NCBI GenBank assembly: GCA_965221695.1 | Contig: OZ244905.1 | Location: 2,841,862 to 2,905,861, forward strand | DNA: 64,000 nucleotides | Direction: 5' to 3' | Origin: Gammaproteobacteria bacterium | GTDB taxonomy: Bacteria > Pseudomonadota > Gammaproteobacteria > Eutrophobiales > Eutrophobiaceae | In this document: piece after piece, positions 9,546-18,501 of the stretch | Layout: every line of letters begins with the position of its first letter | How positions within the stretch are numbered: the first letter of the stretch is position 1 | Translations under genes and position numbers: made by a program | The notes under the pieces: generated by a model | Databases searched by the model: none | The model's input: only the letters and a program-made list of their open reading frames with translations | What the model was told of the DNA's origin: nothing

Positions 9546-9920
9546 ATGGAGAGACACATGCAAAACAATCAGGAAAATACCAACCCGGAAGTCTATCACC
9601 ACCAGGCGGACAACCTGCCGGCCCATAGTTCCCATGACGACGATATCCTGTCGGAGGAGAAAGTCAATGCCTACTGGAACGCCAATCTTCGTCTGTTGCT
9701 GATATTGTTGGCGATCTGGTTCACCGTCTCCTACGGTTTCGGCATACTGCTGGTCGACTGGTTGAACCGCTTCAGCCTGTTCGGCTTCCGGCTGGGCTTC
9801 TGGTGGGCGCAACAAGGGTCGATATATACATTTGTGATCCTCATTTTCGTCTACGTGGCGCTGATCGGCAGGATCGACCGCAGGTTCGGCGTGGATGACG
9901 ATGACACCCAGGGAGACTAA
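9546..9920 (+). CDS. DUF4212-type small membrane subunit of a sodium:solute symporter
   Basis: 124-aa ORF with two hydrophobic helices (LRLLLILLAIWFTVSYGFGILLV, SIYTFVILIFVYVALIG). It ends 2 nt before the symporter gene, which is the usual pairing. Confidence 0.7.
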   Translation: MERHMQNNQENTNPEVYHHQADNLPAHSSHDDDILSEEKVNAYWNANLRLLLILLAIWFTVSYGFGILLVDWLNRFSLFGFRLGFWWAQQGSIYTFVILIFVYVALIGRIDRRFGVDDDDTQGD

Positions 9921-9922
9921 CA

Positions 9923-11695
9923 GTGACGCCCCAGATGCTGATCTATATCGTAGTCGCTTTTACGTTTGCCCTGTATATCGGGATTGCCATCTGGTCGAAA
10001 GCCGCGTCAACCAGGGATTTCTACGTCGCCGGCGCAGGGGTGCATCCGCTGACCAACGGTATGGCGACTGCGGCGGATTGGATGAGCGCCGGTTCGTTCA
10101 TTTCCATTGCCGGCATGATCGCCTTCTCGGGTTACGACGGTTCGGTGTACCTGATGGGCTGGACCGGTGGCTATGTCCTGCTTGCGCTGTTGCTGGCTCC
10201 GTACCTGCGCAAGTTCGGCCAGTACACCGTGCCGGATTTCATCGGTGAACGCTATTATTCCAGTTCAGCCCGCGTGGTGGCCGTGATCTGCCTGGTATTC
10301 ATCTGCTTTACCTATGTTGCCGGCCAGATGCGCGGGGTAGGGGTGGTGTTCTCCCGTTTTCTGGAAGTGGAGATCACGACCGGCGTGATCATCGGTATGG
10401 CGGTGGTCTTCTTCTATGCGGTGTTGGGCGGAATGAAAGGCATCACCTATACCCAGGTCGCGCAGTATTGCGTGATGATTTTTGCGTACATGGCGCCGGC
10501 GATCTTTGTCTCGTTGCTGGTCACCGGCAACCCGGTGCCGCAACTGGGCCTGTCCTCCGAAGTGCTGGACGGATCCGGCCTCAGGGTGTTGGAAAAACTG
10601 GACCAGGTGCTGGTGGAGCTGGGCTTTGCCCCCTACACGGAGGGCAGCAAAAGCGCCATCGATGTATTTGCGATTACCCTGGTGCTCATGGCCGGCACAG
10701 CCGGATTACCCCATGTTATCGTGCGTTTTTTCACCGTACCCAAGGTGTCCGATGCGCGCAAGTCCGCGGGTTATGCCCTGGTCTTCATTGCGCTGCTATA
10801 CACGACCGCGCCGGCTCTCGCGGCGTTCTCGCGACTGAACTTCATTGATACGGTGAACAATACAAGCTACCAGGAGGCGCCGTCTTGGGTGAAGACCTGG
10901 GAAGATATCGGCCTGGTTGCCTGGCTCGATAAAAACGGGGACGGCAGGATTCAGTATGCCGCCGGCGATGCTTTCGAGGGCGCGCCGGTGTTTATCGAAG
11001 GGCAGGGAGAGCATGGGCAGAAACTGGTGGACAACGCGCCGCTGGACAATGTCAACGAGGTTTATGTGGACCGCGATATCATCATGCTGGCCAGCCCCGA
11101 AATTGCGGCATTGCCGCCCTGGGTGCTGGCGCTGGTCGCAGCCGGCGCGCTGGCCGCGGCGTTGTCCACCGCGGCCGGCCTGCTGCTGGTGGTGTCGGCA
11201 TCCGTATCCCATGACCTGCTCAAGAAAACCCTGATGCCGGCTATCAGCGAAAAACAGGAATTGTTCTATGCCCGTACTGCGGCCGCGCTGGCCATCTGTT
11301 GTGCCGGCTACCTGGGCATCAATCCGCCGGGTTTCGTCGCCCAGGTGATCGCGTTCGCATTCGGACTTGCCGCCGCATCCCTGTTCCCGGCCATTTTCCT
11401 CGGCATTTTTGTGCGCAATATGAACCGGGAGGGCGCGATTGCCGGTATGTTGAGCGGCCTGCTGTTCACTTCGGCGTACATCGTATACTTCAAGTTCATC
11501 AACCCCGCGGCCAGCCATCCGGATAACTGGTGGTTCGGCATCTCGCCGGAGGGCATAGGCTGCCTGGGAATGGCGATCAACTTCGCCGTCGCGTTGGCGG
11601 TGAGCCGCTTCAGCGCCCCGCCGCCGGAGCAGGTCAAAGCCCTGGTCGACGATGTGCGTATTCCCAGCGGCGCCGGGGTTGCGCATAAACATTAA
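9923..11695 (+). CDS. sodium:solute symporter family permease (VC_2705 / ActP-like subgroup)
   Basis: 590-aa polytopic membrane ORF with a GTG start, paired with the DUF4212 subunit. Confidence 0.85.
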   Translation: MTPQMLIYIVVAFTFALYIGIAIWSKAASTRDFYVAGAGVHPLTNGMATAADWMSAGSFISIAGMIAFSGYDGSVYLMGWTGGYVLLALLLAPYLRKFGQYTVPDFIGERYYSSSARVVAVICLVFICFTYVAGQMRGVGVVFSRFLEVEITTGVIIGMAVVFFYAVLGGMKGITYTQVAQYCVMIFAYMAPAIFVSLLVTGNPVPQLGLSSEVLDGSGLRVLEKLDQVLVELGFAPYTEGSKSAIDVFAITLVLMAGTAGLPHVIVRFFTVPKVSDARKSAGYALVFIALLYTTAPALAAFSRLNFIDTVNNTSYQEAPSWVKTWEDIGLVAWLDKNGDGRIQYAAGDAFEGAPVFIEGQGEHGQKLVDNAPLDNVNEVYVDRDIIMLASPEIAALPPWVLALVAAGALAAALSTAAGLLLVVSASVSHDLLKKTLMPAISEKQELFYARTAAALAICCAGYLGINPPGFVAQVIAFAFGLAAASLFPAIFLGIFVRNMNREGAIAGMLSGLLFTSAYIVYFKFINPAASHPDNWWFGISPEGIGCLGMAINFAVALAVSRFSAPPPEQVKALVDDVRIPSGAGVAHKH

Positions 11696-11727
11696 CACGG
11701 CATTGTCTCCTTTGTGGAAATAAAATA

Positions 11728-12651
11728 ATGCGCGCATTGACGAACAGGTTCACCGTTGCCGCGTTGTATAAGTTCGTGCGCTTGCCGGATTTTCGCGAGT
11801 TGAAGCAGCCGTTGCTGGAACGCTGCCGGGCGCTGGAGCTGAAGGGAACCTTCCTGCTGGCTCCCGAAGGCATCAACGGCGCCGTAGCCGGCAGCAAGGA
11901 AGGTATTGCCGGCATCCTGGATTACCTGCGTTCAGATTCCCGTTTTACCGACCTGACGCATAAGAAGTCGCGCGCTGCCAGGATTCCTTTTCACCGCATG
12001 AAGGTCAAGCTCAAGCAGGAAATTGTCTCGCTGGGTATCGCGGGTGTTGACCCGATACAACGCCAGGGCAGGCATGTGGAACCGGAAGACTGGAATGCGG
12101 AGGTCTCCCGTCCTGACACATTGGTTCTCGACGTTCGCAACGACTATGAAACCGATATTGGTAGTTTTAAAAATGCGAAAAAACCGAATACCGGGACGTT
12201 TCGTGAGTTTCCGGATTACGTCAAAAAAAACCTCGACCCGGCGCAACACCCCCGTATCGCGATGTACTGCACCGGCGGGATTCGCTGCGAAAAAGCCTCC
12301 TCGTACCTGCTCTCGCAGGGGTTTACAGAAGTCGTGCAGTTACAAGGAGGCATTCTCAACTACCTGGAAAAAGTTGACCACGATAACAGCCGCTGGGAGG
12401 GAGAGTGTTTTGTCTTTGACAGCCGGGTTGCGGTCGATCATGAGCTTGCGGAAGGGGATTATGAACAGTGTTACGCCTGCCGCCGGCCGCTGAACCAGGA
12501 TGACATGGCCTCGGAAAAATACCAGCCCGGGGTATCTTGCCCCCGTTGTTTCGATGCTTTGACGCCGGAACAACGGCAGCGCTTCGGCGAGCGCCGGCGC
12601 CAGGTCGAGTTGGCGGAGAGTCGCGGCGAGCAGCATATCGGCACAGCCTGA
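11728..12651 (+). CDS. trhO: rhodanese-domain tRNA uridine(34) hydroxylase (YceA/UPF0176)
   Basis: 307 aa with N-terminal AALYKFV block, rhodanese active-site loop MYCTGGIRCEKAS, and C-terminal Cys pairs CYACRRP and CPRCFD. Confidence 0.85.
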   Translation: MRALTNRFTVAALYKFVRLPDFRELKQPLLERCRALELKGTFLLAPEGINGAVAGSKEGIAGILDYLRSDSRFTDLTHKKSRAARIPFHRMKVKLKQEIVSLGIAGVDPIQRQGRHVEPEDWNAEVSRPDTLVLDVRNDYETDIGSFKNAKKPNTGTFREFPDYVKKNLDPAQHPRIAMYCTGGIRCEKASSYLLSQGFTEVVQLQGGILNYLEKVDHDNSRWEGECFVFDSRVAVDHELAEGDYEQCYACRRPLNQDDMASEKYQPGVSCPRCFDALTPEQRQRFGERRRQVELAESRGEQHIGTA

Positions 12652-12682
12652 CGGGATCCCCGTCGTTCAACGTGGCGCGCGC

Positions 12683-13744
12683 GTGGTGAACCGAATATCA
12701 GCACAGCCCGGCGAAAACCCGCAGATTTTCCCCGCGCGCCTGGCGCGCCTCTATGACCATGTGAACCATGGCGATTTCTCCGACTGGATTGACGCCATCA
12801 ATAACCTGCCTGAAATCAGCCCGTCGGCCATCAGCCTTGATGCGGATACCGTTCGTATAGGCGCCGCGACCGATTGCAGCGTATCCCAACGGGAAACCAT
12901 GCGCCGGCAACTGCGGCGCTTGCTGCCCTGGCGCAAAGGTCCGTTCAACCTGTTTGGCGTGAACATCGACGCAGAATGGCGCGCCGACATGAAATGGCGC
13001 CGTTTGCAAGACAGTATTGCCCCATTGTCCGGACGTACCATCCTGGATGTGGGCTGCGGCAACGGCTATTACGGCTGGCGTATGCTGGGGGCCGGCGCTA
13101 AGCGGGTGGTGGGAACCGACCCGACTCTGCGTTATGTCATGCAACAGCGCGCCGTCGCAAAATACCTGCCGGATGCTTCGTTCGATATATTGCCGTTCAC
13201 GCTGGAGGCGCTGGCAGAGACTGTAAACGGTTCCATCCCGGCAGGAACAGGCTTGCGCTCCCATGCTGCGCGCGCCTCTCTTCCTGCAAAGCAGGCGCTC
13301 GCACCTTACCTGCAACAACTCGGAATCAGACGAGCAGGCTTCGACACGGTTTTCTCCATGGGTGTGATCTATCATCGGCGCGACCCCGCAGAGCATATCC
13401 ATGACCTGCTGAGCTTCTTGCGCCCCGGCGGCGAATTGGTACTGGAATCGTTGATCATCGATGAGAAGCATGGCGATGTGCTGAAACCCCGGGGTCGCTA
13501 TGCCAGGATGAGGAACATCTGGGCCATCCCTTCCATCGCCAAGCTCAAAAGCTGGTTGTCCGACGCCGGCCTCAGATCCATCAAGGTCGCGGATGTGTCT
13601 GTCACAACACCAACCGAACAACGGGTCACCGACTGGACCTTCGAGCAATCCCTGTCAGACTTCCTGGACCCGGAAAACCCCCGCCTCACCATTGAAGGCT
13701 ACCCGGCCCCGCAGCGCGCGATCGTGATTGGCGCAAAATCCTGA
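12683..13744 (+). CDS. cmoB: tRNA U34 carboxymethyltransferase
   Basis: Blocks [55 protein letters not shown] and EGYPAPQRA match CmoB. GTG start. Contains an extra ~37-aa segment (see findings). Confidence 0.85.
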   Translation: [353 protein letters not shown]

Positions 13745-13837
13745 TTGAGATAAAGTCTCAAAGGAACTCTGACCAAATCAAGAACTCCGACGATGTGAAA
13801 CAGTTTGCAATAAGTATCAATAGTGATATTATAAACT

Positions 13838-14092
13838 ATGGATGGCATTGAAAAAATAGTGGGACTAATGAGAGAGAATCCCAACGGGGTTCGGTTTAGT
13901 GAATTGCAGAATGTATGCGTCCACTATTTTGGCAAGCCGCGACAAAGTAAAGGCAGCCATTGTGTTTATAAAACCCCTTGGCCGGGCGACCCCAGAGTGA
14001 ACATACAAAATCACAAAGGCAGGGCTAAACCTTACCAGGTCAGACAAGTGTTACGCGCAATTGAGAAATTGGAGACAAATCGTGAAGTCTGA
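13838..14092 (+). CDS. hicA: HicA-like type II toxin (mRNA interferase)
   Basis: 84 aa with KGSHCVYK core. It overlaps the start of a HicB-like gene, and the local GC content is lower. Confidence 0.65.
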   Translation: MDGIEKIVGLMRENPNGVRFSELQNVCVHYFGKPRQSKGSHCVYKTPWPGDPRVNIQNHKGRAKPYQVRQVLRAIEKLETNREV

Positions 14093-14411
14093 AGTCAAGA
14101 AGTATACCTATCGAATTATCTGGTCCGAGGAAGATCAGGAATTTGTCGGCTTATGTGCCGAGTTCCCTGGCCTTAGTTGGTTGGAACCTGATCACGATAA
14201 TGCCTTAAAAGGTATTCGAGCGCTTGTAAACGAGTGTATTGAAGATATGGTTCGTTCCAAAGAGAACATCCCTGTTCCCATTTCTACCCGACAATACAGT
14301 GGAAAATTTATTGTTCGCGTTCCGCCGGAAGTGCACCGTAGTCTTGCGATGGAAGCCGCTGAGTCCGGTGTTAGTTTAAACCGCATAATCAGCGCCAGGC
14401 TTGCGCGCTGA
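14082..14411 (+). CDS. hicB: HicB-like antitoxin with C-terminal ribbon-helix-helix
   Basis: GTG at 14082 is preceded by GGAGA (14071-14075) and overlaps the hicA stop. The C-terminus SGKFIVRVPPEVHRSLAMEAAESGVSLNRIISARL is a typical HicB RHH. Confidence 0.65.
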   Translation: MKSEVKKYTYRIIWSEEDQEFVGLCAEFPGLSWLEPDHDNALKGIRALVNECIEDMVRSKENIPVPISTRQYSGKFIVRVPPEVHRSLAMEAAESGVSLNRIISARLAR

Positions 14412-14501
14412 CAGGATCAGCGCTGAGAGAATGTTTGAAGCCCTGCAGTTTTTGATATAATTGCACCGAAATGGCAACAACGTGCCCGCAGGAGGAATAA
14501 C

Positions 14502-15161
14502 ATGCCTTTACGAATTGGCGATGAAGCGCCGAACTTCACTGTTGACACCACAGAGGGAACGATCAATTTTCATGACTGGATTGGCGACGGTTACGCGATC
14601 CTGTTTTCCCATCCGAAGGATTTTACGCCTGTCTGTACCACGGAACTGGGATATATGGCCGGGCTCAAGCCGGAATTTGATAAACGCAACTGTAAAATTA
14701 TCGGTTTGAGTATCGATTCCGTCAATGATCATAACGCCTGGTTGAACGATATCGAGGAAACCCAGGGCCACGCGGTGAATTACCCGCTGATAGGCGACAG
14801 CAATCTTGAGGTGGCAAAGCTCTATGACATGATCCATCCGAATGCCAGCGGTACCGCAAAGGAGAGGACCCCGGCGGACAATGCCACTATCCGTTCCGTG
14901 TTCGTCATCGGTCCGGATAAGCTGATCAAACTGATCATTACTTATCCGATGAGCACCGGCAGAAATTTCGACGAGGTGCTGCGGGTACTGGATTCCATCC
15001 AGTTGACCGCCAGGCACAAGGTAGCCACGCCCGTCAACTGGCGCCAGGGCGAGGATGTGATCATCGTGCCCGCAGTATCGGATGAAGCCGCGAAGGAGAA
15101 ATTCCCCGACGGCTGGAAGGCCCCGAAACCCTACTTGAGGATCGTGCCACAACCGGAGTAG
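14502..15161 (+). CDS. peroxiredoxin (1-Cys Prx6-like)
   Basis: 219 aa; FSHPKDFTPVCTTELG peroxidatic Cys motif. Confidence 0.9.
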   Translation: MPLRIGDEAPNFTVDTTEGTINFHDWIGDGYAILFSHPKDFTPVCTTELGYMAGLKPEFDKRNCKIIGLSIDSVNDHNAWLNDIEETQGHAVNYPLIGDSNLEVAKLYDMIHPNASGTAKERTPADNATIRSVFVIGPDKLIKLIITYPMSTGRNFDEVLRVLDSIQLTARHKVATPVNWRQGEDVIIVPAVSDEAAKEKFPDGWKAPKPYLRIVPQPE

Positions 15162-15174
15162 TCAATATACTTTG

Positions 15175-15203
15175 GGAAACTCTGAGACTTAATCAGAGGG
15201 TCC
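15175..15203 (+). terminator. palindrome of the GGAAnCTCTGA/TCAGAGnTTCC family, 14 nt after the peroxiredoxin stop
   Basis: GGAAACTCTGA-gacttaa-TCAGAGGGTCC; 9 of 11 positions pair. Same motif as 24047, 44597, 53204 and 57897. Confidence 0.4.
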
Positions 15204-15226
15204 TTAGGCAAAACGAGGAATAACTT

Positions 15227-15883
15227 ATGAGCAGATTATACGGTGATAACCACCGGGCATTGCAGGAACAGTTTGAAACACGCCGACTGGCCGACGCGAT
15301 CGAGCATGTTGCGATGGAGACCGAGGTGGTCGGTCCGCACAAGGGTTTCATTGAAAGCCGGGATATGTTTTTCCTGAGCACGGTAGACCACAAGGGCAGG
15401 CCCACCGTGTCCTATAAAGGCGGCGATCCGGGTTTCGTCAAGGTGGTTGATGACAACACGGTCGTATTTCCCAGCTATGACGGAAACGGCATGTTCCTGT
15501 CCATGGGGAATATCAAGGGCAACAAGCATATCGGCATGTTGTTCATCAGTTTTGAAGTCCCGCACCGGTTGCGGTTGCAGGGCGAGGCCACGCTGCATGA
15601 CGATGACCCGGCCATGGACTGGTACAAGGAAGCCGACCTGATTGTCAGGGTCAACGTATCCGAGATCTTCGTCAACTGCCCGCGCTACGTCCACAAGTAC
15701 GAGAAGGTCGATCCTTCCAAGTATGTGCCCCGTACCGAATGCGCGACACCGCTGGCCGGCTGGAAACACATCGATATGATCCAGGATGTTCTGCCCACCA
15801 GGGACCAGGGGCGCGCGCAGAAAGAAGGCGGCATTATCACCGAGGATGAGTGGAAGATGAAAGTCGCGCAGGGCGACGGATAG
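15227..15883 (+). CDS. pyridoxamine 5'-phosphate oxidase family (FMN-binding split-barrel) protein
   Basis: 218-aa ORF. Family call is by overall similarity pattern only (MFFLSTVDHKGRPTVSYKGG block). Confidence 0.6.
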   Translation: MSRLYGDNHRALQEQFETRRLADAIEHVAMETEVVGPHKGFIESRDMFFLSTVDHKGRPTVSYKGGDPGFVKVVDDNTVVFPSYDGNGMFLSMGNIKGNKHIGMLFISFEVPHRLRLQGEATLHDDDPAMDWYKEADLIVRVNVSEIFVNCPRYVHKYEKVDPSKYVPRTECATPLAGWKHIDMIQDVLPTRDQGRAQKEGGIITEDEWKMKVAQGDG

Positions 15884-15888
15884 CTGTT

Positions 15889-17274
15889 TTAAAAGCCCTC
15901 TGTTGACAGTGTAAGAGCCTGGCGCATCGCCGCGCTTTTTGACAGCACTTCCTCATGTTCCGTCGCCGGGTCGCTGTCGGCCACGATTCCGGCGCCGGCA
16001 TGATAGCTATAACCGCCGTTTTCGAAGACGATAGTGCGTATCGCGATAGCCTGGTCCATATTGCCGTAATGGTCAAAATACCCCACCGTCCCGCCGTACA
16101 GGCCGCGCCGCACCGGTTCGAAACCGTTCAGCAGTTCGATCGCGCGGATTTTCGGCGCGCCAACCAGGGTCCCGGCGGGGAAGGATGCCGCAAATAAATC
16201 AAACGCATCCTTGTCTGGCCGTGGCGCGCCGCTGACGCCACTGACGATGTGCATGACATGGCTGTAACGTTCTATGGACAGGTAAGGTTCAACCCGAACC
16301 GAACCGGTCGCCGCGATGCGCCCCAGGTCGTTGCGGGCAAGGTCCACCAGCATTACATGCTCGGCGGTTTCTTTGGGGTCGTTGAGCAGGTCTTGTTCCA
16401 GTTCCCGGTCTTTTTCAGGCGAACTCCCGCGTGCACGGGTGCCGGCAATAGGCCGCAGCGCGGCCTTGCCGTCCTGTAACTTCACCATGGCTTCGGGCGA
16501 GGAACCGGCTATCGTGCGGTCGCCTATCTCGATATAATACATGTAAGGTGATGGGTTAATCAGGCGCAGCGCGCGATAAACCGTGAACGGCTCGAGCTCG
16601 GATTCACCGTAAAACCGGTTTGCCAGCACAACCTGGAAGATATCTCCGTCACGTATTTTGTGCTTGGCATCATAGACCAGTTGCATATAGTCATTCCTGG
16701 TCAGACTTGCCTTCGCGATGGAACAGGTGTTGTTCGAGTTGGACGCAGGGATCGAGCCGCGTAATGCTGTACTGATCTCCTTCTGCAGGGCCAGCCGTTC
16801 CGATTCCGGCCCGGCATGAAGCAACGCCACCCGCCGGGTCAGGTGATCGAACACGAGCAGGGAGCGCGGCGACATGTAACCGGCGCGCGGCTTGAAATCC
16901 CTGGCGCTTGTGTTATCGGGAAACTGTTCCAGTTCGTGCACCAGGTCAAAATCGGCATAGCCCACCAGGCCGCCCTGGAATGGGATCTCATCCACCTGGG
17001 GGAATAATTTCGGCGTAGCTTGTAATGCCTCCCGCAATGCAGCCAAAACCCCGGCGCGGCCCGAAAGCCGTGATTGCGTCTTGCCGTTAACGGTCAGGGA
17101 TTGCGGCTCAAGATGCAAGTCCAGCACACTACCCAGCCCCAGGAAAGAAAAACGCGCAACTTGCTCACCGCGTTCCACGCTTTCCAGCAGGAAGCGCGCA
17201 TCCAGCGGTTTCAGTTTAAGAAAGGCGGATACCGGCGTATCCAGGTCTGCTACTATGTCAAAAGGCGGTTTCAT
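15889..17274 (-). CDS. trpE: anthranilate synthase component I
   Basis: 461 aa; chorismate-binding blocks PIAGTRARGSSPEKD, LVGAPKIRAIELL, GAGIVADSDP. Assignment as trpE rather than pabB is supported by the Trp-codon leader and attenuator directly upstream. Confidence 0.85.
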   Translation of the reverse strand: MKPPFDIVADLDTPVSAFLKLKPLDARFLLESVERGEQVARFSFLGLGSVLDLHLEPQSLTVNGKTQSRLSGRAGVLAALREALQATPKLFPQVDEIPFQGGLVGYADFDLVHELEQFPDNTSARDFKPRAGYMSPRSLLVFDHLTRRVALLHAGPESERLALQKEISTALRGSIPASNSNNTCSIAKASLTRNDYMQLVYDAKHKIRDGDIFQVVLANRFYGESELEPFTVYRALRLINPSPYMYYIEIGDRTIAGSSPEAMVKLQDGKAALRPIAGTRARGSSPEKDRELEQDLLNDPKETAEHVMLVDLARNDLGRIAATGSVRVEPYLSIERYSHVMHIVSGVSGAPRPDKDAFDLFAASFPAGTLVGAPKIRAIELLNGFEPVRRGLYGGTVGYFDHYGNMDQAIAIRTIVFENGGYSYHAGAGIVADSDPATEHEEVLSKSAAMRQALTLSTEGF

Positions 17275-17321
17275 GGGTTCCCCGTGGTTCTTTAATCACC
17301 CGTAGCCGGGGACGCGGGCAC

Positions 17322-17354
17322 AAAAAAACCCACCCCTGGCTCAGAGGTGGGTTT
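17322..17354 (-). terminator. trp attenuator (intrinsic terminator between leader peptide and trpE)
   Basis: Minus strand AAACCCACCUCUG-AGC-CAGGGGUGGGUUUUUUU: a 10-bp GC-rich stem followed by U7, 47 nt upstream of the trpE ATG. Confidence 0.8.
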
Positions 17355-17375
17355 GAAAACATTAAACAATAGCGA

Positions 17376-17438
17376 TTAAGCCGTAATCCACCTCCGGATG
17401 TGCGGCCACCACCATTGTTTGCGGTTAATTTTCATCAT
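17376..17438 (-). CDS. trpL: trp operon leader peptide (MMKINRKQWWWPHIRRWITA)
   Basis: Own translation of the minus strand: a 20-codon ORF with three consecutive UGG codons plus a fourth. Its CGG-AGG-UGG codons (GGAGGUGG) are complementary to the 5' arm of the terminator, giving an anti-terminator option. Confidence 0.75.
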   Translation of the reverse strand: MMKINRKQWWWPHIRRWITA

Positions 17439-17444
17439 GCCCGC

Positions 17445-17473
17445 ATCATAACCGCAGTTCCGAAACAGGTCAA
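17445..17473 (-). promoter_or_regulatory. sigma-70-type promoter for trpL-trpE
   Basis: Minus strand TTGACC-17 nt-TATGAT. The -10 box ends only 6 nt before the leader ATG. Confidence 0.45.
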
Positions 17474-17580
17474 GTTCAAACGAAATCAGCGCACCCTTAT
17501 CTTAAATCGGATAAAATCGAGACACCCACGTTTCGAATCAGGATAACCATACACAGCACAGCAAACAGGAGCGCCCCTCC

Positions 17581-18363
17581 ATGCAGGAAACACATAATGA
17601 TTTACTGAGCCTGAACGGCAAGACCGCCGTGGTAACAGGCGGCGCCGGCGGCATCGGCGCGGCGATATGCCAGACGCTGGCGCGGGCCGGCGCCCATGTC
17701 TTCATTCATTACCACTCCAACGAGGCCGGCGCTGTGGGACTGAAAGAGCGGATCAAGCAGTCGGGAGGCGCCGCAACCACCGCCTATGCCGACGTGACCA
17801 GCAAGGCGGATGTGGAGAGCCTGTTCGACTCCGTTATCGCGCAAACCGGCAGGGTAGACCTGTTGATCAACAACGCCGGGGTCTACCCGTTGTCACCCTT
17901 TCTTGAGATCAGCGAGGCAGAGTATGAGCAGATGATGGACTCTAATGTACGTTCCGTCATGTTGTGCACCCAGGCGTTTGCCGGGCACGTGATAAAGCGA
18001 GGAACCGGCGGCGGAGTCGTCAATATCGCGTCGATTGCCGCCAGCGGCGTGATGGATATGCACAGTCATTATTGCGCGTCCAAGAGCGCGGTCGTGATGT
18101 TCAGCCGGGCTTCCGCCAGGGAACTGGGCGCGCATAACATCCGTGTCAATACCGTATCCCCCGGCCTCATCTGGCGCGACGGGCTGGATGAGGACTGGCC
18201 TGAAGGTGTGGCCCGATACAAACAGGCCGCGGCGCTTAGCGCGGTGGGCCAGGCGGAAGACGTCGCCAATGCCTGCCTGTTCCTGGTTTCTCCGGCAAGC
18301 CAGTGGATAACCGGGATTGACCTGATCGTGGACGGCGGCGTGATGACAGACAAACTGTTTTAG
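17581..18363 (+). CDS. SDR family oxidoreductase (FabG-like)
   Basis: 260 aa; TGGAGGIGAAI, NNAG and catalytic YCASK motifs. Confidence 0.85.
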   Translation: MQETHNDLLSLNGKTAVVTGGAGGIGAAICQTLARAGAHVFIHYHSNEAGAVGLKERIKQSGGAATTAYADVTSKADVESLFDSVIAQTGRVDLLINNAGVYPLSPFLEISEAEYEQMMDSNVRSVMLCTQAFAGHVIKRGTGGGVVNIASIAASGVMDMHSHYCASKSAVVMFSRASARELGAHNIRVNTVSPGLIWRDGLDEDWPEGVARYKQAAALSAVGQAEDVANACLFLVSPASQWITGIDLIVDGGVMTDKLF

Positions 18364-18501
18364 TGTTGTATTTCGGAGCCACAGAGAATGCTGAGGTTAA
18401 AAGTGTATGAGGCCGGGCTGGCGCCCGCACGCGGGCGATATCAAGGGAGGCACAGTAAACACTGAGTATGGGTTTGCCCCGTAATTTAGCGCAAGTCTGT
18501 T

